Below, piece by piece: positions 39,761 to 52,559 of a stretch of 64,000 nt of DNA; position 1 is the first letter of the stretch; every line of letters begins with the position of its first letter. The stretch is taken from contig NC_059432.1 in assembly GCF_021028975.2 (NCBI RefSeq), forward strand, positions 72,416,001 to 72,480,000. The letters run 5' to 3'. The notes under the pieces were generated by a model, which was given only the letters and a program-made list of their open reading frames with translations, did no database searches and was not told the origin of the DNA. The DNA comes from Sphaerodactylus townsendi (Eukaryota). The translations under genes and the position numbers were made by a program.

Positions 39761-41511
39761 CCATATTGTTTGTATGGGAGCGACCTGGAGAATAGCCTTT
39801 GGCTGAGATACAACAGGATGTAAGCCAAAAATAAAATCCAGTAAAAGTAAAAGAAGCCAAAGGATAAGGAACACAAAAGCTTACAGCTGAGCTGTCATCA
39901 CGTGTCATTGCTGTTCATGTAAGGATAATGAGGAACAAAAATAACCCCTCTGCAATTGTTTTAAAGGCCCCCTTTCCCCAGCAGATACAGAGAAGGCTTC
40001 CCACTAAGGTAGTCATTAGTTAAAGCACTGTCACAGCTATCATCACACAGCCCATTGTTCAAGGAACGCAAAAAACCAGTGTCTCATCCGCCAGCAGTGA
40101 AGGAAGTCACAAAACATACTTTATAATGAACTTTTAATGAAAACACAGACAAAATACCAAAACAGACAAGAATTGTACAACTGAGATATAGCCTCTCTTG
40201 TTGAATTCAGTAGTACAGACCAAAAATAAGATTTAAGTATTGCCTACCTTTAATCTATGGATAAATATTTTGTGCCCTCCTATACGTAAGAGAGATAGAC
40301 ACATCTTTCTTTATGAACATTATTTTACATGCTAGCAGCCACTTAATGTCCCCTAATGACTCATGAAACTTGTTGAGCATAGAAAAATATGTAATCTTTG
40401 GCACTGCTTAGTTTTCCCATTAGCGAAGCAATTTCCTTTCTGTATTTCCTTGTATTTTCAAAACTAATGATTTTCCAAGTGTTCTTGCAGCATTTGGAAT
40501 AATTCCATTAGCTCTATCATCCTCCAGGATTCAAATTAATACAACATATGGTTTACCAAGTGAGCATCTGAAATTTGTTTCAGAAGTGTTATTTCCATTT
40601 AGAATTCAGTTTTGCTCATGTAATTGATTTTTATTAACATTCATAAATTTAACATCAGTTCATTTTTCGGATGTTCACAGAAATTCCCCCATCCTGCATA
40701 ATGTAGAACTGCTTATAAGGCAAAATTAAACAGAAACGTGGCACTTTAAAGACCTACACCCCTCCCCCCAGCATATGATTTTATTCTTTTAGCAGAATAA
40801 CCTGTGTTATCTCCCCAGGTAGCTAAAGAAGCAAGTGTTTTCATGAACTATGACCTGCTTATTCAGGTCCTACAGTTTTTTGTAGGAGGCAGTTGGTTCA
40901 AAGAAGACAAATAAATAGATATTCAAGAAGGAATGTAGGAAGTACAGAGCAAAATGTAATAACAATGGAATATTCAACTTTAATAACACAAAATTAAAAT
41001 CTACAGGAACTACAGAAACCATTTTCTTGTTATGCTAATTAACACTTGTAATGGGGGCAGGGAATCACAGGTTATTAGTTTCAGATTAGGAGCCATATTA
41101 GTCCATAACAAAAAAATAAAAGTAGTCCTGTGACACCTAGGAAATCAACGGAATTTATTCCAGCATAAATGTTTATGAGTCAGAGCTCACTTTATCAACT
41201 GGTTCAACCCAGGCGACAGATTTCTCTTTAACAGAATTGAAGTACGCAGCAGTTTTACAGTTGTCTGATAACCAAATCAGACTATTCAAAAAGATTGTAG
41301 AAAACTGTAGAAAACACAGGTGAGAACCAATACAATCAGGCAAATGTAACACCAACAGTCAAGTATGAGGCATTGGGCCTGCTCCCAAACACTGATGCTG
41401 TGCCAATCATAACAAGTCTGTTCTTCATTTTCCATATCTTGTTTGATCAGTCTGTTTAGGCAATTTGACAGTCTTTCCATGATGATTAAAATAATAAAGT
41501 CTTGTTTCATT

Positions 41512-41670
41512 TCACAATGAGCTCTGAACAAACAAGAAGTCTCCATGCTTGAATAAAGCAAATAGAATGAGGCCAGAGCAAAATATAGTGGTAACAAGAG
41601 TCCCTGTGCATACGAAGGTAAGATGATGTTTGAGCCCAACTGGTATCTGCAATTTCAGTTCTTGGTTTAT
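41512..41670 (-). CDS. PIGX: PIGX last coding exon (TM helix, stop)
   Basis: INQELKLQIPVGLKHHLTFVCTGTLVTTIFCSGLILFALFKHGDFLFVQSSL*; six coding exons total 762 nt = 253 aa + stop. Confidence 0.95.
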   Translation of the reverse strand: MNQELKLQIPVGLKHHLTFVCTGTLVTTIFCSGLILFALFKHGDFLFVQSSL

Positions 41671-42801
41671 CTAAAAGAAAAATACAAATTAAAAGACAAA
41701 CTCTTAATTGCAATGTTTATTTTATATAACTCACATTTGAATACTATTTCTTTTTCATGTGATTTTTATTGAGCCTTACTACTGCAGCCTATCCATCTGT
41801 TTCAGCCCTTTCTATTTTAAAAGGTTCCCTGTTATCAACCTCCATCAATATTCAGATCTTGCATCACTGAAATCAGAATATGGAAGAGAAACATCTTCCA
41901 TAAATCAGGTTTTCCATGTGGTAACCCGAGCTACAATCTTAAAAATCAATGTGAAACAAACTAACTGATGCACAGTTAGTACCCTTGGCTTGGACCCTAA
42001 ACTTCTGTCCCAAGCACATTTATATCTGGGTGCTGCAGAGGCAGACTTCCATTGTGGTATTTGTCACCTCTGTGCTAGGCACTTGGGACTCACAGAAAAA
42101 CATCACATCTTGATTAATGGGTGTCAGCTCTGTGTACCTCACACATACTGGCTATGCTGGTCTTGATTAACTGTTACTAGATTATTGGATTTTATTTGAA
42201 GGTACTGGTTTCTGTGCTCTATGTCAATATGAAATCAGATTTTCTATAGTTGCCTGAGCTTTGTATTCATGGGAGACATGCCTTTAGAGCACGAACTCCG
42301 TGCTTTGTTGGATTCTTTTCTGTACAGAAAAGAACGCTTTGATATTTTCCCTACTGAGGTTTGAGTTTTTTGTTCATACCTGGGCAAAGAGACTTAAAGA
42401 TAGATTATCAAGCTATAAGAACTGTGCAAACGTAAGTGCCTGAAACCAGAGAAAGCAAGCACCACAGGGGACTACCTCTACAGTGCCCAAAGAAAAGTGA
42501 ATGCAGAGCAAAAGTACACAGTCTACACCCAAATTACCTCAGGATTGGATCCAAACTAGATTTTTCAAAGACAGAATGGAATTTTCCCCCTCCCCATCCC
42601 ACTATATTCCACTGACCTACACAACATGCTGCTCCTGCGAGATGAGTGATTCTGATTAATTACATGAGGGATGAGTATAAGAGGAAGCAGTGGAAATTAC
42701 CAATTTGGTCTGGATCTAATCTATTCTCAAGGGACTGAACTAAACTACTTTCACAACTGTTAGGACAATGCACAAATATATTTTGGGAATAATCAACGCA
42801 C

Positions 42802-42902
42802 AGCTTGGAACCTCACGCTATCCCAGTGGCAGTTTTGCTTATTCTTCAGGGAACATGGTCTTTCTATTTTGGTTTCTTTCAAACATTCTGTTGATAGGAA
42901 GG
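42802..42902 (-). CDS. PIGX: PIGX coding exon 5
   Basis: (S)FLSTECLKETKIERPCSLKNKQNCHWDSVRFQA; conserved C..PC...C.W pattern; 101 nt, AG/GT. Confidence 0.92.
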
Positions 42903-43165
42903 CTAGGAAAAAAAGAAAGGAAAAAAACACACAAAAATCAGACTCTGGAGATATTGAAAATAGTTTAACTTTAAATTTTAAGTACTACTTTCCTCGATTC
43001 AGATTGCCTGCTTAGGTCTCTCCCTCATAATTCTACCAAAATATATGATTCTTCCCCTCCCCCATACACGCACACACAGATTTATAATTATAAGGTGTCT
43101 TTTTAACTCTTGTTCCAGTTGAAACCCCTTCCTCATCCTCAAAGCAGAAGGTTAGTGATTCTTAC

Positions 43166-43379
43166 ATTTCTGACAATGGATCAATATTTCTGGACTCCTC
43201 AGTATGGCAGAGATTTTTTCATCAACCTCTGCTGGCTGGTGATACCTGCAGTGAATAGGTAATATTGCTCTAAAACAGGAATAGCATTCAGGATCAGGTT
43301 TCATGTAAATGAGAACATCAATTTCAGTGGCTAAATACTCAGGAAGTTCCAAATCTACATAATCAGCAGTCACCAAAGC
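43166..43379 (-). CDS. PIGX: PIGX coding exon 4
   Basis: ALVTADYVDLELPEYLATE...LPIHCRYHQP...PEILIHCQK; 214 nt, AG/GTAAG. Confidence 0.95.
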
Positions 43380-43628
43380 CTAAACACAAAGAACAAAAAC
43401 ATTATTAGAAGCACAATTCGTACCAGCTTTCATCTATCTCACTGAAAAGCCCCATGGCTGATTCCACTGTCATATTCTGTATTTGTGCCTTAACAATATA
43501 AATAGAGGTGTAGTAAATGAAAAATGTATTTTCTACTAGGAATGAGGGAATAGGTCATAGGGGAGGATGTTTGTGGCAGGACAAGATAAGAACCGGCTGA
43601 AGCTAGTTAGAGGTTTGTAACTCCCAGT

Positions 43629-43729
43629 CAGTGGTGGGATTCAAATAATTTAACAACTGTTTGTTTACAAGCACCATTTTAACAACCGGTTCTGCCAAAG
43701 TGGTGCAAACCTGCTGAATCTCACCACTG
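43629..43729. mobile_element. hAT MITE
   Basis: TIRs CAGTGGTGGGATTCA / TGAATCTCACCACTG; imperfect 8-bp TSD ctcccagt/ctgccagc. Confidence 0.75.
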
Positions 43730-44195
43730 CTGCCAGCCCATTTCACTTATTCATTTTGGCTAAAGGGGGAGTAGCAATTGGAGTTCTATGTCAGAAATGG
43801 GCTGGGAGTTACAAACCTGTTGCTTATTTATCTAACGTACTAGACATAGGGGAGGACTATTTCTTCCCTCCGCAAATCGAAGTTGCTCACATACTTGTGA
43901 AAGATGATAAATATTTCAAATATTAAGGTTACTTGAGCCTCAGTAACTTACACATTCAAAATAAGTTTTCTTCAAGCAAAGAAAAAGATCAAATACATAA
44001 ACTTCCACTGGATTAAATCCAGTTTAGGCTACTTACAAATTGATGGTACGGCACAAATCTATCTGCTTCCAACAAAAATTAAGTGCTAGCATGCCATCGG
44101 AAACATAACGGTGTATATAACCATTGGAAGATGTTTCGTGTCTTTTTTCAAATTACATGCTCTTGGCTGAACATCAATCCAAAGTCATGCATATG

Positions 44196-44385
44196 CATAA
44201 AGTGCTGTAAAGCTACAGCTGACTTTTGGCAATCCCAGCAAGGGACTTTCAAGGCAAGTACTTAAGCAGAGGTGGTTTCCCATTGCCTTCATCTGCAGAG
44301 TCTTCTTTGGAGGCCTCCCTTCCATGTACTGACCCTACTTAGCTTCTGAGATCTGACAAGATCGGGCTATGCCATGCCATCTTCT
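44196..44385 (-). mobile_element. 5S rRNA-derived SINE-like repeat
   Basis: cttagcttctgagatctgacaagatcgggct resembles the 5S internal promoter region; related pieces at ~60160-60210 and ~61985-62082. Confidence 0.55.
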
Positions 44386-44404
44386 CTCCCACCCAAAATC
44401 ATAC

Positions 44405-44546
44405 CTCAGTGATATTGTGTTTATTTAAAGATGCAAGTTCATAAGGGTCCACATATAAGCCTCTTGGAAGATCAATTTTAACAGCCACCATGCAGTTTCT
44501 CATGCCTTCATCAACTGTACCAAGTGTTACCCTAGTCACAAGATCC
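44405..44546 (-). CDS. PIGX: PIGX coding exon 3
   Basis: DLVTRVTLG...DLPRGLYVDPYELASLNKHNITE; 142 nt, AG/GT. Confidence 0.95.
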
Positions 44547-44641
44547 CTAACATTAAAAAAATAAAGACAAATGAAAAGCTGTTTCAATGCCTGATAAATT
44601 CATACCAAAGATTTCAAGTAAACAGTCTCAAAAGAATAATA

Positions 44642-44782
44642 GGCTCATTCCACACATGCAGAATAATGCACTTTCAATCTGCTTTCAGTGCTCTTTGAAG
44701 CTGTGCGGAATGGCAAAATCCACTTGCAAACAGTTGTGAAAGTGGTTTGAAAACGCATTATTTTGCGTGTGCGGAAGGGGCC
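44642..44782 (+). mobile_element. MITE (PIF/Harbinger-like), copy 1
   Basis: Imperfect TIRs GGCTCATTCCACAC / GTGCGGAAGGGGCC, ATA flanks; second copy inverted at 60819-60959. Confidence 0.75.
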
Positions 44783-45932
44783 ATAGTTTCTCCGTTAGTT
44801 TTAAGAGTCTGAATTTTACACTTCTTCTGCTAGTTGTATTCTAGGGCTACAGTCCTCTCCACTGAACTCATTTCAGAACATGCACTTATAAAGTCAGACT
44901 TTATGTTCTAGTTTCATCCCTGCTCACACTCTCACAATAAACTACTGTTATCCTCTCTGTAGTGGAGGACTAAAAGTCAGAAGTTGTCCCCATCAGTTCA
45001 GAATGTTCAGTAGCTGTACAGTGCACAACTTGAACAAAACTAAGGGATGGACTGAACAACTTATAAAGCTCGTTGTGCTAAACAACACAGAAGGTGCTAA
45101 ACAGTTATTGGTGGCAGGTGCAGCAGTGAGGCAGGAACTGCAGATCTTGAGAAGCAAGGGGGTGGCGGAAAGGGCAGCCCAATCCTGGGTACTGGACAGT
45201 TTTCCTTTTTTTTTAGATGACGTGTCTTTGAAGCTTCATAGACTCGATATGATAATCCATGCTGATTTCAAAAAACAGGAAAACTATTCAGCACCCAGGA
45301 TTGGACTCTCTTTCCACTCCACCTAGCTTCCCAAAGCCCGCTAGTCTTGGGAAGCGAGGTGGAGGGAACAATCCCTCATGCTGTACTTAGTGCGCTCAGT
45401 CCACGTGCAGGATCAGGCTCTCCTCCCCCACACCTCACTTCCCAAGGCCCACTTCCCAGTTCTTCATGTAGGATTGCTCCTTCCACCCTGCTTCCCCAAG
45501 GTCTGTGGACAGCAAGATGGGGGTGGGGTGGGGGGAGACCAGCCCAAAAGGACTGAGGGTGTTTCTGCTGTCCCAGCCTGAAAGGAGGAGGAGAGAGAAG
45601 CTTAGTATACAAGATGTTGCCTGCTCCCCCGCCCCACCTCTCCTGTCCCAGATGGAACATGTGGCAATTGGTTGGAAGTGAGTGGTTGCCCCGCGTTCCA
45701 TCCTTAGGCAATTATGTCCTAGGATATGGCCAAGCACATCCTGGAACTTATATTGACAATTATATACTAGTGTTATCCACGGTCACATTTTATTTAGCAT
45801 AAATCATCAGTTCTCTTGTTCATCAGACCGCATACATAGTGACTGGCTAGATGGGTGCAAACGTTTCAAGTATTTGAATCTTAATAGCCACTAGAAAAGC
45901 CACCATATAACACCTGGTTGTCCTGAACCCAC

Positions 45933-45990
45933 CTGTGAAAGCCATCTTTCAAGAGCCATTGTGTGACCTCTGGACAAGAATTCTGTGCAC
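45933..45990 (-). CDS. PIGX: PIGX coding exon 2
   Basis: (C)AQNSCPEVTQWLLKDGFHR with the conserved LKDGFHR motif; AG/GT boundaries, 58 nt. Confidence 0.92.
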
Positions 45991-47396
45991 CTATAAGATG
46001 AAGTAAAAAGTACGAATTATCTTCTATTATCTATTATCATCAGATATATTTTGTAATAACAGAAAACATATAAAGTTTGGATATTCTATAAATGTGACTA
46101 CAGTGTCCTTTATGAAATAGATTAAATAGTAAACTGCTATCAGTATAAATGAAATTACCTCCTGAAGTGATGGCAGACAATAGATCTTTAAATGCAACCT
46201 TACAATTTATTACTTTCTGTTTGCAAAGGTAATCAAGAGGCAAAACCTGCCCACAACCACTCAGATATTTATTTCCAGCAGCCACAACAGTTCTATCATA
46301 TTTTTCTACACCAGGGGAGTAATAATGAGGTGATGTTGCTTACTTTGACAGCAGCTGCCAGTTTGTTTTAAAGTTCAATTTAAAGTGCTGATTATGACCT
46401 TTAAAGTCCTTCACAGTCTGCAGCCCACATGTCTGAAGATCGGTCTCCTCCAGTATATTCCTGTGCCTCAACTAAACTCTTCAGACTGGCACCTTCTGGC
46501 TGTTCCCCAAATTAGGGAGCCTGGCTTCAGTCAAAGCCTGGCCTTTTCCATCAGGGGCCTGTCTCGAAGGTATGAAGGGGACCCCCTCAAAGGAGATCTT
46601 CAGGTGGCATGTAAGGTTTGTTTGTTTGGCAGTAGTCATATTTGTTGGAGAGGGTTTATTTTTAATTCATTTGGCTTTAATTTGAAATCTGTATATCAAC
46701 TATTGAGCCAAGAAGTAAGGCAGCGTATTGTGTGTGTGTGTGTGTACATATATATATACACATATAAAGACAGAGGAGGAAAAAAGATTAGAAGCAGCTA
46801 AAAAACTTTCAATCTGCCTTCTTCAACAAGAAAATATAATAAGGCTCTCTAGTTGCTGACTGCACTTTTTCCTTCTCTGACCAGAGAGAATAATCTCATA
46901 GCCAGTGAGAGCCACTGTTGTCCAGTGGTTAGCGTGTCAGACTAGGATCTGGATCCCAGATTCTGGGAGACCAGGCTTTGAATCTACACTCTTCCTTGTA
47001 AGTTTGCTGGATAATCTTGGGCCCATGACACATTCTCAGCCTAACTTCACAGGACTGTTGTGAGGACAAAATGAAGAACAGGTCTTGAACAATAAAACCA
47101 TAAACTTAAATAAGACCCATATGAAAAAAAACACCTCCTTTCAACTCTTCTCTGAAGTCTTTAAGAAATGAGCTACAAACCAAATACGATGAGAAAATCT
47201 AAACTGTTTGCTCTACAGTTGCTGAGAAAGCATGGACCATTGAATAAAATATGGTACAATCCATTTCAGCCTCAGTTGGGCACATATGGGCATTGTAAAA
47301 GGATATGTATCAAGGCACCCACTGACTGAAGGGAGCAGGGACATAGCCTGTCTGAAAAAGGAAACTTCAGCAGAGAAGTCAACAAAACCATTAAAG

Positions 47397-49895
47397 AAGA
47401 ACATAAGAACATAAGAACATAAGAACAAGCCAGCTGGATCAGACCAGAGTCCATCTAGTCCAGCTCTCTGCTACTCGCAGTGGCCCACCAGGTGCCTTTG
47501 GGAGTTCACATGTAGGATGTGAAAGCAATGGCCTTCTGCGGCTGTTGCTCCCGAGCACCTGGACTGTTAAGGCATTTGCAATCTCAGATCAAAGAGGGAT
47601 CAAGATTGGTAGCCATAAAATTGACTTCTCCTCCATAAATCTGTCCAAGCCCCTTTTAAAGCTATCCAGGTTAGTGGCCATCACCACCTCCTGTGGCAGC
47701 ATATTCCAAACACCAATCACACGTTGCGTGAAGAAGTGTTTCCTTTTATTAGTTCTAATTCTTCCCCCCAGCATTTTCAATGAATGCCCCCTGGTTCTAG
47801 TATTGTGAGAAAGAGAGAAAAATTTCTCTCTGTCAACATTTTCTACCCCATGCATAATTTTATAGACTTCAATCATTGTATCCCCCCTCAGGCGCCTCTC
47901 CTCTCTCCAAACTAAAGGAGTCCCAAAGCGCTGCAGCCTTTCCTCATAAGGAAGGTGCTCCAGATCCCTCAATCATCCTCAAGTTGCCCTTCTCTGCACT
48001 TTTTTTTCTATCTCTTTCAATATCCTTTTTGAGATGTGGTGACCAGAACTGAACACAGTACTCCAAGTGTGTCTAAGTGCGCACCACAGCTTTTATATAA
48101 GGGCATGACAATCTTTGCAGATTTTATTATCAATTCCTTTCCTGAGTTATCCCCAGCATAGAGTTTGCCTTTTTTCACAGCTGCCATACATTGAGTTGAC
48201 ATTCCCATGGAACTATCAATTAAGACTTCAAATCCAACTTCTTTCCTGGTCTGTGACTGATAGCACTGACCCCTGTAAGCGTGTATGTCTTGACGTTTGG
48301 GATTTTTTTGCCCCTATGTGCATCATCACTTTTACATTTTGCTACATTGAACTGCATTTGCCATTTCTTAGCCCACTCACCTAATCCTCTATCAAGGTCC
48401 CGCTTGGAGCTCCTCACAATCCTTTGTGGTTCTCACCACCCTACATAATTTGGTATATCATCTGCCAAACTTGGCCCACCACACTACCCACCCCTACTTC
48501 CAGGTCATTTATGAATAGGTTAAAGAGCACTGGTCCCAAAGAAGCGAGGATCCTTGGGGGACACCACTCCCCACATCTACTCCATTGTGAGAATTTCCCA
48601 TTTACACCCACTCTTTTGCTTCCTGTTTCTCCAACCAGTTTTTAATCCATAGGGAGTGACTTCCCCTCTTATTCCCTTCATTGCTGAGTTTTTTTCTCAA
48701 TAGTCTCTGGTGAGGAACTTTTGTCAAAAGCCTTTTTGGAAATCCAAGTAGAACCAATGTCCACTGGTTCCCCCTTATCCACATGCCTATTTACATCCCT
48801 CAAAGAACTCTAGTAAGTTTTGTAAGACAGGATTGCTGCCTCTGCAAAAGCCATGCTTGACTCTTTCTCAGCAGGTTTTGCTTTTTGTACATGTTTCTTT
48901 ATAATTTTTTATCTTTAATGACAGATTCTACTAATTCTACCAGGAACGAGATGTCAAACTGACTGGCCTTGTAATTTCCCGGGTCCCCCCCCTAGATCCC
49001 CTTTCTTAAAGATTGGTGTGACATTGGCCATCTTCCAGTCTTCAGGGGATGGAGCCTGATTTCAAGGATAAGTTGCATATTAAAGGGTGAGAACATCAGC
49101 AATTTCATGCTTGCAGGCTCTTGGTTAAGAACTCTTGGGTGAATGCCAATCTGGGCCAGGGGATTTGGTAGCATTTAGTTTATCAATGGCTGCCAGAACT
49201 TCTTCCCTTGTCTACCACTATCTTCGTTAGTTCCCTCCCGGATTCGCCTCCTAAGAAGCTTGGTTCAGGTGCAGGAATTTTCCTCACCTCCCTCTTGGGT
49301 GAAGACAGATGCAAAGAATTCATTCAGCTTCTTCTGCAATCTCCCTGTCATCTTTTAGCACACCCTTTGTTTCCTTTGTCATCCTAACTGGCCTATTGCT
49401 TCCCTTTGCTGGCTTCCTGCTTTTGATGTACTTGAAGAACTGTTTGTTGCTGGTTTTGATGTTCCACAGCCAATGCGTTCCTCATAATCCTTTTTTGCCT
49501 CCACTTACAGCTAACTTGCTTCTCTTTTTGCCACCATTTGTGTTTCTCTCTGGTATTCTTTATCAGTTAAGTTGGAGCCTTCCATTTTCTAAAAAAAGAC
49601 ATCTTTTTTTCCCTAATAATTTCCTCAAACGTCCCTATTGTGTTAACCATGGTGGCTTTCTTTTGGACTGGGCGCTGCCTTTCCTAACCTGTGGAACACA
49701 TTCCAGTTGAGCTTTTAAGACTGTGTTTTTAAATAACCTCCAAGCATCTTGGACATTTTTGACTCTCTTGATTTTCCCTTTCACCTTCCTGCGCACTATC
49801 CCCCTCATCTTTGAGAAATTTCCCTTTCTGAAGGCGAATGTAACTACATTAGTAGTTGTCACTTGTTCGCATGCAGAGATACTGAATCTAAAGGG
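47397..49895 (-). mobile_element. CR1 LINE, 5'-truncated, ~2.5 kb, in PIGX intron
   Basis: ORF2 fragments (FRKGNFSKMRGIV, KVPHQRLL, KKWQMQFNVAKCK, TRGHSLK..KRKHFFTQRV..WNMLP); (AAGAACAT)n tail at 47397-47427. Confidence 0.93.
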
Positions 49896-50713
49896 CAATT
49901 AAATCTTGCATACATAAAGGTTCTACATAATTTTAAACTAACCAGAGAGTCCAAACAGGGAGGAAGTAGACAACTCTTAGACAGAAGGTCCAGGGCAAGC
50001 AGAGAACATGTCCTCTGAGCATCAAAGCAAGCGTAACTATCTTTAAAGTAGATTAATTTGGCTACATATTTTTTACATTGATCTACAAAAAAAGAGAAAA
50101 GGTCCTACACCTTCAGATTTACAAGTGATAACTTGTGTTCAAAACACTGGAGACAGGGAGCCTTATAACAGCTCCATCCAAACCCAGAAGCAGTAGGCCA
50201 CAGCACCGATGCAGCACCATCCCACCATTTCCAGAAGGACTTTTTGGTGACACAGGGAGCAGGGAAGAGCCCTGAACCTCCCCATCATCGCAAAGCCCCA
50301 CAGGGCTGAATGGACATACTCCACTACTGGTCCTCAATCTTGGTAGGAAGCCAATTAAAGTCAGCTCTGCTCCCAAGGAACGCCCCAGCCTGCCTCCTCC
50401 CACACTGGAGTCTGAGTGGGATGCTAGAGCAGCCCCACCACAGCCTATACGTTGAGGTTCTGTGGCAGTGGAGCTGTGGTGCAGCCTGCTGTTGACACCC
50501 CTTGTGCTCTACCAGGGTAAGTGCCCTGGAGAGAGCAAACGCATCACTGTGAGGGTTTGCCACTCCCACTAGCCCTTTTGGGACACACACACACACACCC
50601 CCGATGGTGCTATAAGAATCCCTGAGGGTTAAGCTCACCAAGCTTCTCTCCAGGACCTCAGAATAGATGGAACCAGAATTTAAAGACATGTACCAAGGAT
50701 GAACAAAAAACAG

Positions 50714-51162
50714 TGATGTAGGGATGAGCCCCGTGAACCCAGCAGAACCTCAGAAAGAGCGCATGGAATGCCTGTGCCATCTGTGTCCTTCTGGGCGCAC
50801 ACGCTCACCCATCCCCCAGACCCCCCGTGAGTCACAGGTCATGAACTACCTGACTCACGGTCACCAGGTGTCCCAGACAAAGGGACAAAGGGGCTCTTGC
50901 CCCCAGGTATGGATTAGACCCAGACGCGAACGTTTCCTCTCGCACGTAGACAACCCCATGATGTCATGTATCATATGATATTCTTCCGCTCTCCCGCCTC
51001 CCATACACGCCCCTATTGTAAACCCTAATAAAAGGTGCCAGGGACTAGCACACGGGAGAGTTGCCAGATCCACGGATCGCGCTTCCTGCCGCTGGCTCTC
51101 TCCACCGGATGATATCACTGCGTCTCACCTCTTCCTTGCGACCCCTGCGGGCCGACTTCACA
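50714..51162 (+). mobile_element. Candidate solo LTR
   Basis: ~450 bp CpG-rich block starting TG and ending CA, internal AATAAA at ~51027 followed by U5-like sequence; TSD ambiguous. Confidence 0.55.
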
Positions 51163-51345
51163 GTATAAGCCATTTTTTATCTCCACTGGGATAAATAAAT
51201 CAGCAGATGAAAGTCTGGAGTGTCAGAGTAGGAGATAAGTGTCCACACCTATGATACTTATTATCTGAGGCTATTTTACTCTATGCATAGAATCTAATAA
51301 CAGACTTCATTGGGACCGCTCCACAGCACAAAACACTTATATGTG

Positions 51346-51445
51346 TTGTATACCGCCCTACCCCCGGAGGGATCTGGGCGGTGCACAACATAACTTTACA
51401 TGTCGTGCACTGCCCAGATCCCTCCGGGGGTAGGGCGGTATACAA
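51346..51445. repeat. 46-bp-arm inverted repeat built from LINE/SINE-tail sequence, followed by (TCAA)n
   Basis: 51346-51391 pairs with 51400-51445 with two mismatches and an 8-nt loop. Confidence 0.9.
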
Positions 51446-51698
51446 AACCCAATCAATCAATCAATCAATATACACATACATCTTAATGCAAACAAACTGA
51501 CTGAATATGCAATGCAAGTTAGAAAACAGTTAAAGTTAATGACATCAATACAGAGCACGAATGTAAACACATTAAATCAAAATTACAGTATTTATACCAC
51601 TACTCAGCATTGTACAACAATGCATTCCAGACTCTAACAAATTAGTGCTTCATGCAGTCTGCTTATTAGCTATAGAAAAAAAGGAGATTTTAACTTAC

Positions 51699-51786
51699 AT
51701 ACGTGCTCTGGCATGCAAATTAAGAACATAATCCAAAATGAGAAGACACTAAGCCAAAGGAGCACATTGTTCTTCCACTGAGACAT
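51699..51786 (-). CDS. PIGX: PIGX first coding exon (signal peptide; exon 51699-51798)
   Basis: MSQWKNNVLLWLSVFSFWIMFLICMPEHV hydrophobic leader; ttttttccttgcag acceptor and GTAAGT donor; phase 1 matches next exon. Confidence 0.82.
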
Positions 51787-52290
51787 TTCAAAATAAAGCT
51801 GCAAGGAAAAAAATCGCATTATATGCCTAGCAGTTATTGCCTCAAAGGATAAAGCTCTTTTTGTCAAAACTGCATTTTTATAATTTAGATCAACCCTCCA
51901 CTGTTTGACTCCCATGAGCAGAAGAGATTAAGCACAACTATCACTTTGTTTTGATCCGGCACATACCTTCAGCCCATGATTATATCAGTAGGCTTTTGTA
52001 CTAACTTGGAGACCCCACATTTCCGAATGGTGCTAGAATACTGAGAAATGTGGGAACTGTTCAGTGATCGAGAGATCAAATTCCCTGTTAAGAAGCCCCT
52101 TGAAATACAATTCTCAATTAATTCAGGATTGGTGCTTTCAAATAGCCACAGAGGTGCATTCAGACATGCTTTATCCGAACAAGATTAGTCAAGGCATATT
52201 TAGGGTGTTGAGCCCAACAAAGACAGCTTGCAATCTTAAAAAAAAACCCAGCTTGAGTGAAACGAAGTGCACTGAAACCTACACAAGTTT

Positions 52291-52489
52291 TGTCGAAGGT
52301 TTTCACAGCCAGATTCAACTGGTTCTGGTGGGTTTCCTGGGCTGTGTGGCCATGGTCTGGTGGATCTTGTTCCTAACGTTTCGCCTGCATTTGTGGCTGG
52401 CATCTTCAGAGGTGTATCACTGAGGGAAGTCTGTTAAACAAGATCCACCAGACCACGGCCACACAGCCCAGGAAACCCACCAGAACCAA
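52291..52489 (-). mobile_element. Short Penelope-like insertion with hammerhead (52372-52412), inverted arm and 12-bp target duplication
   Basis: Same core as 18941-18981; 52437-52488 is the reverse complement of 52320-52371; CTACACAAGTTT at 52279-52290 and 52490-52501. Confidence 0.8.
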
Positions 52490-52559
52490 CTACACAAGTT
52501 TCTTCCTCATGGTGGAAGCAGGTTATATTCTATCAAACAAACCTTCTCTCCTAAATGCT

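Noticed and set aside
40720-41200. Further Penelope-type ends that might hold hammerheads
   Set aside because: Core CUGANGA/GAAA boxes are degenerate; cannot support a ribozyme call.
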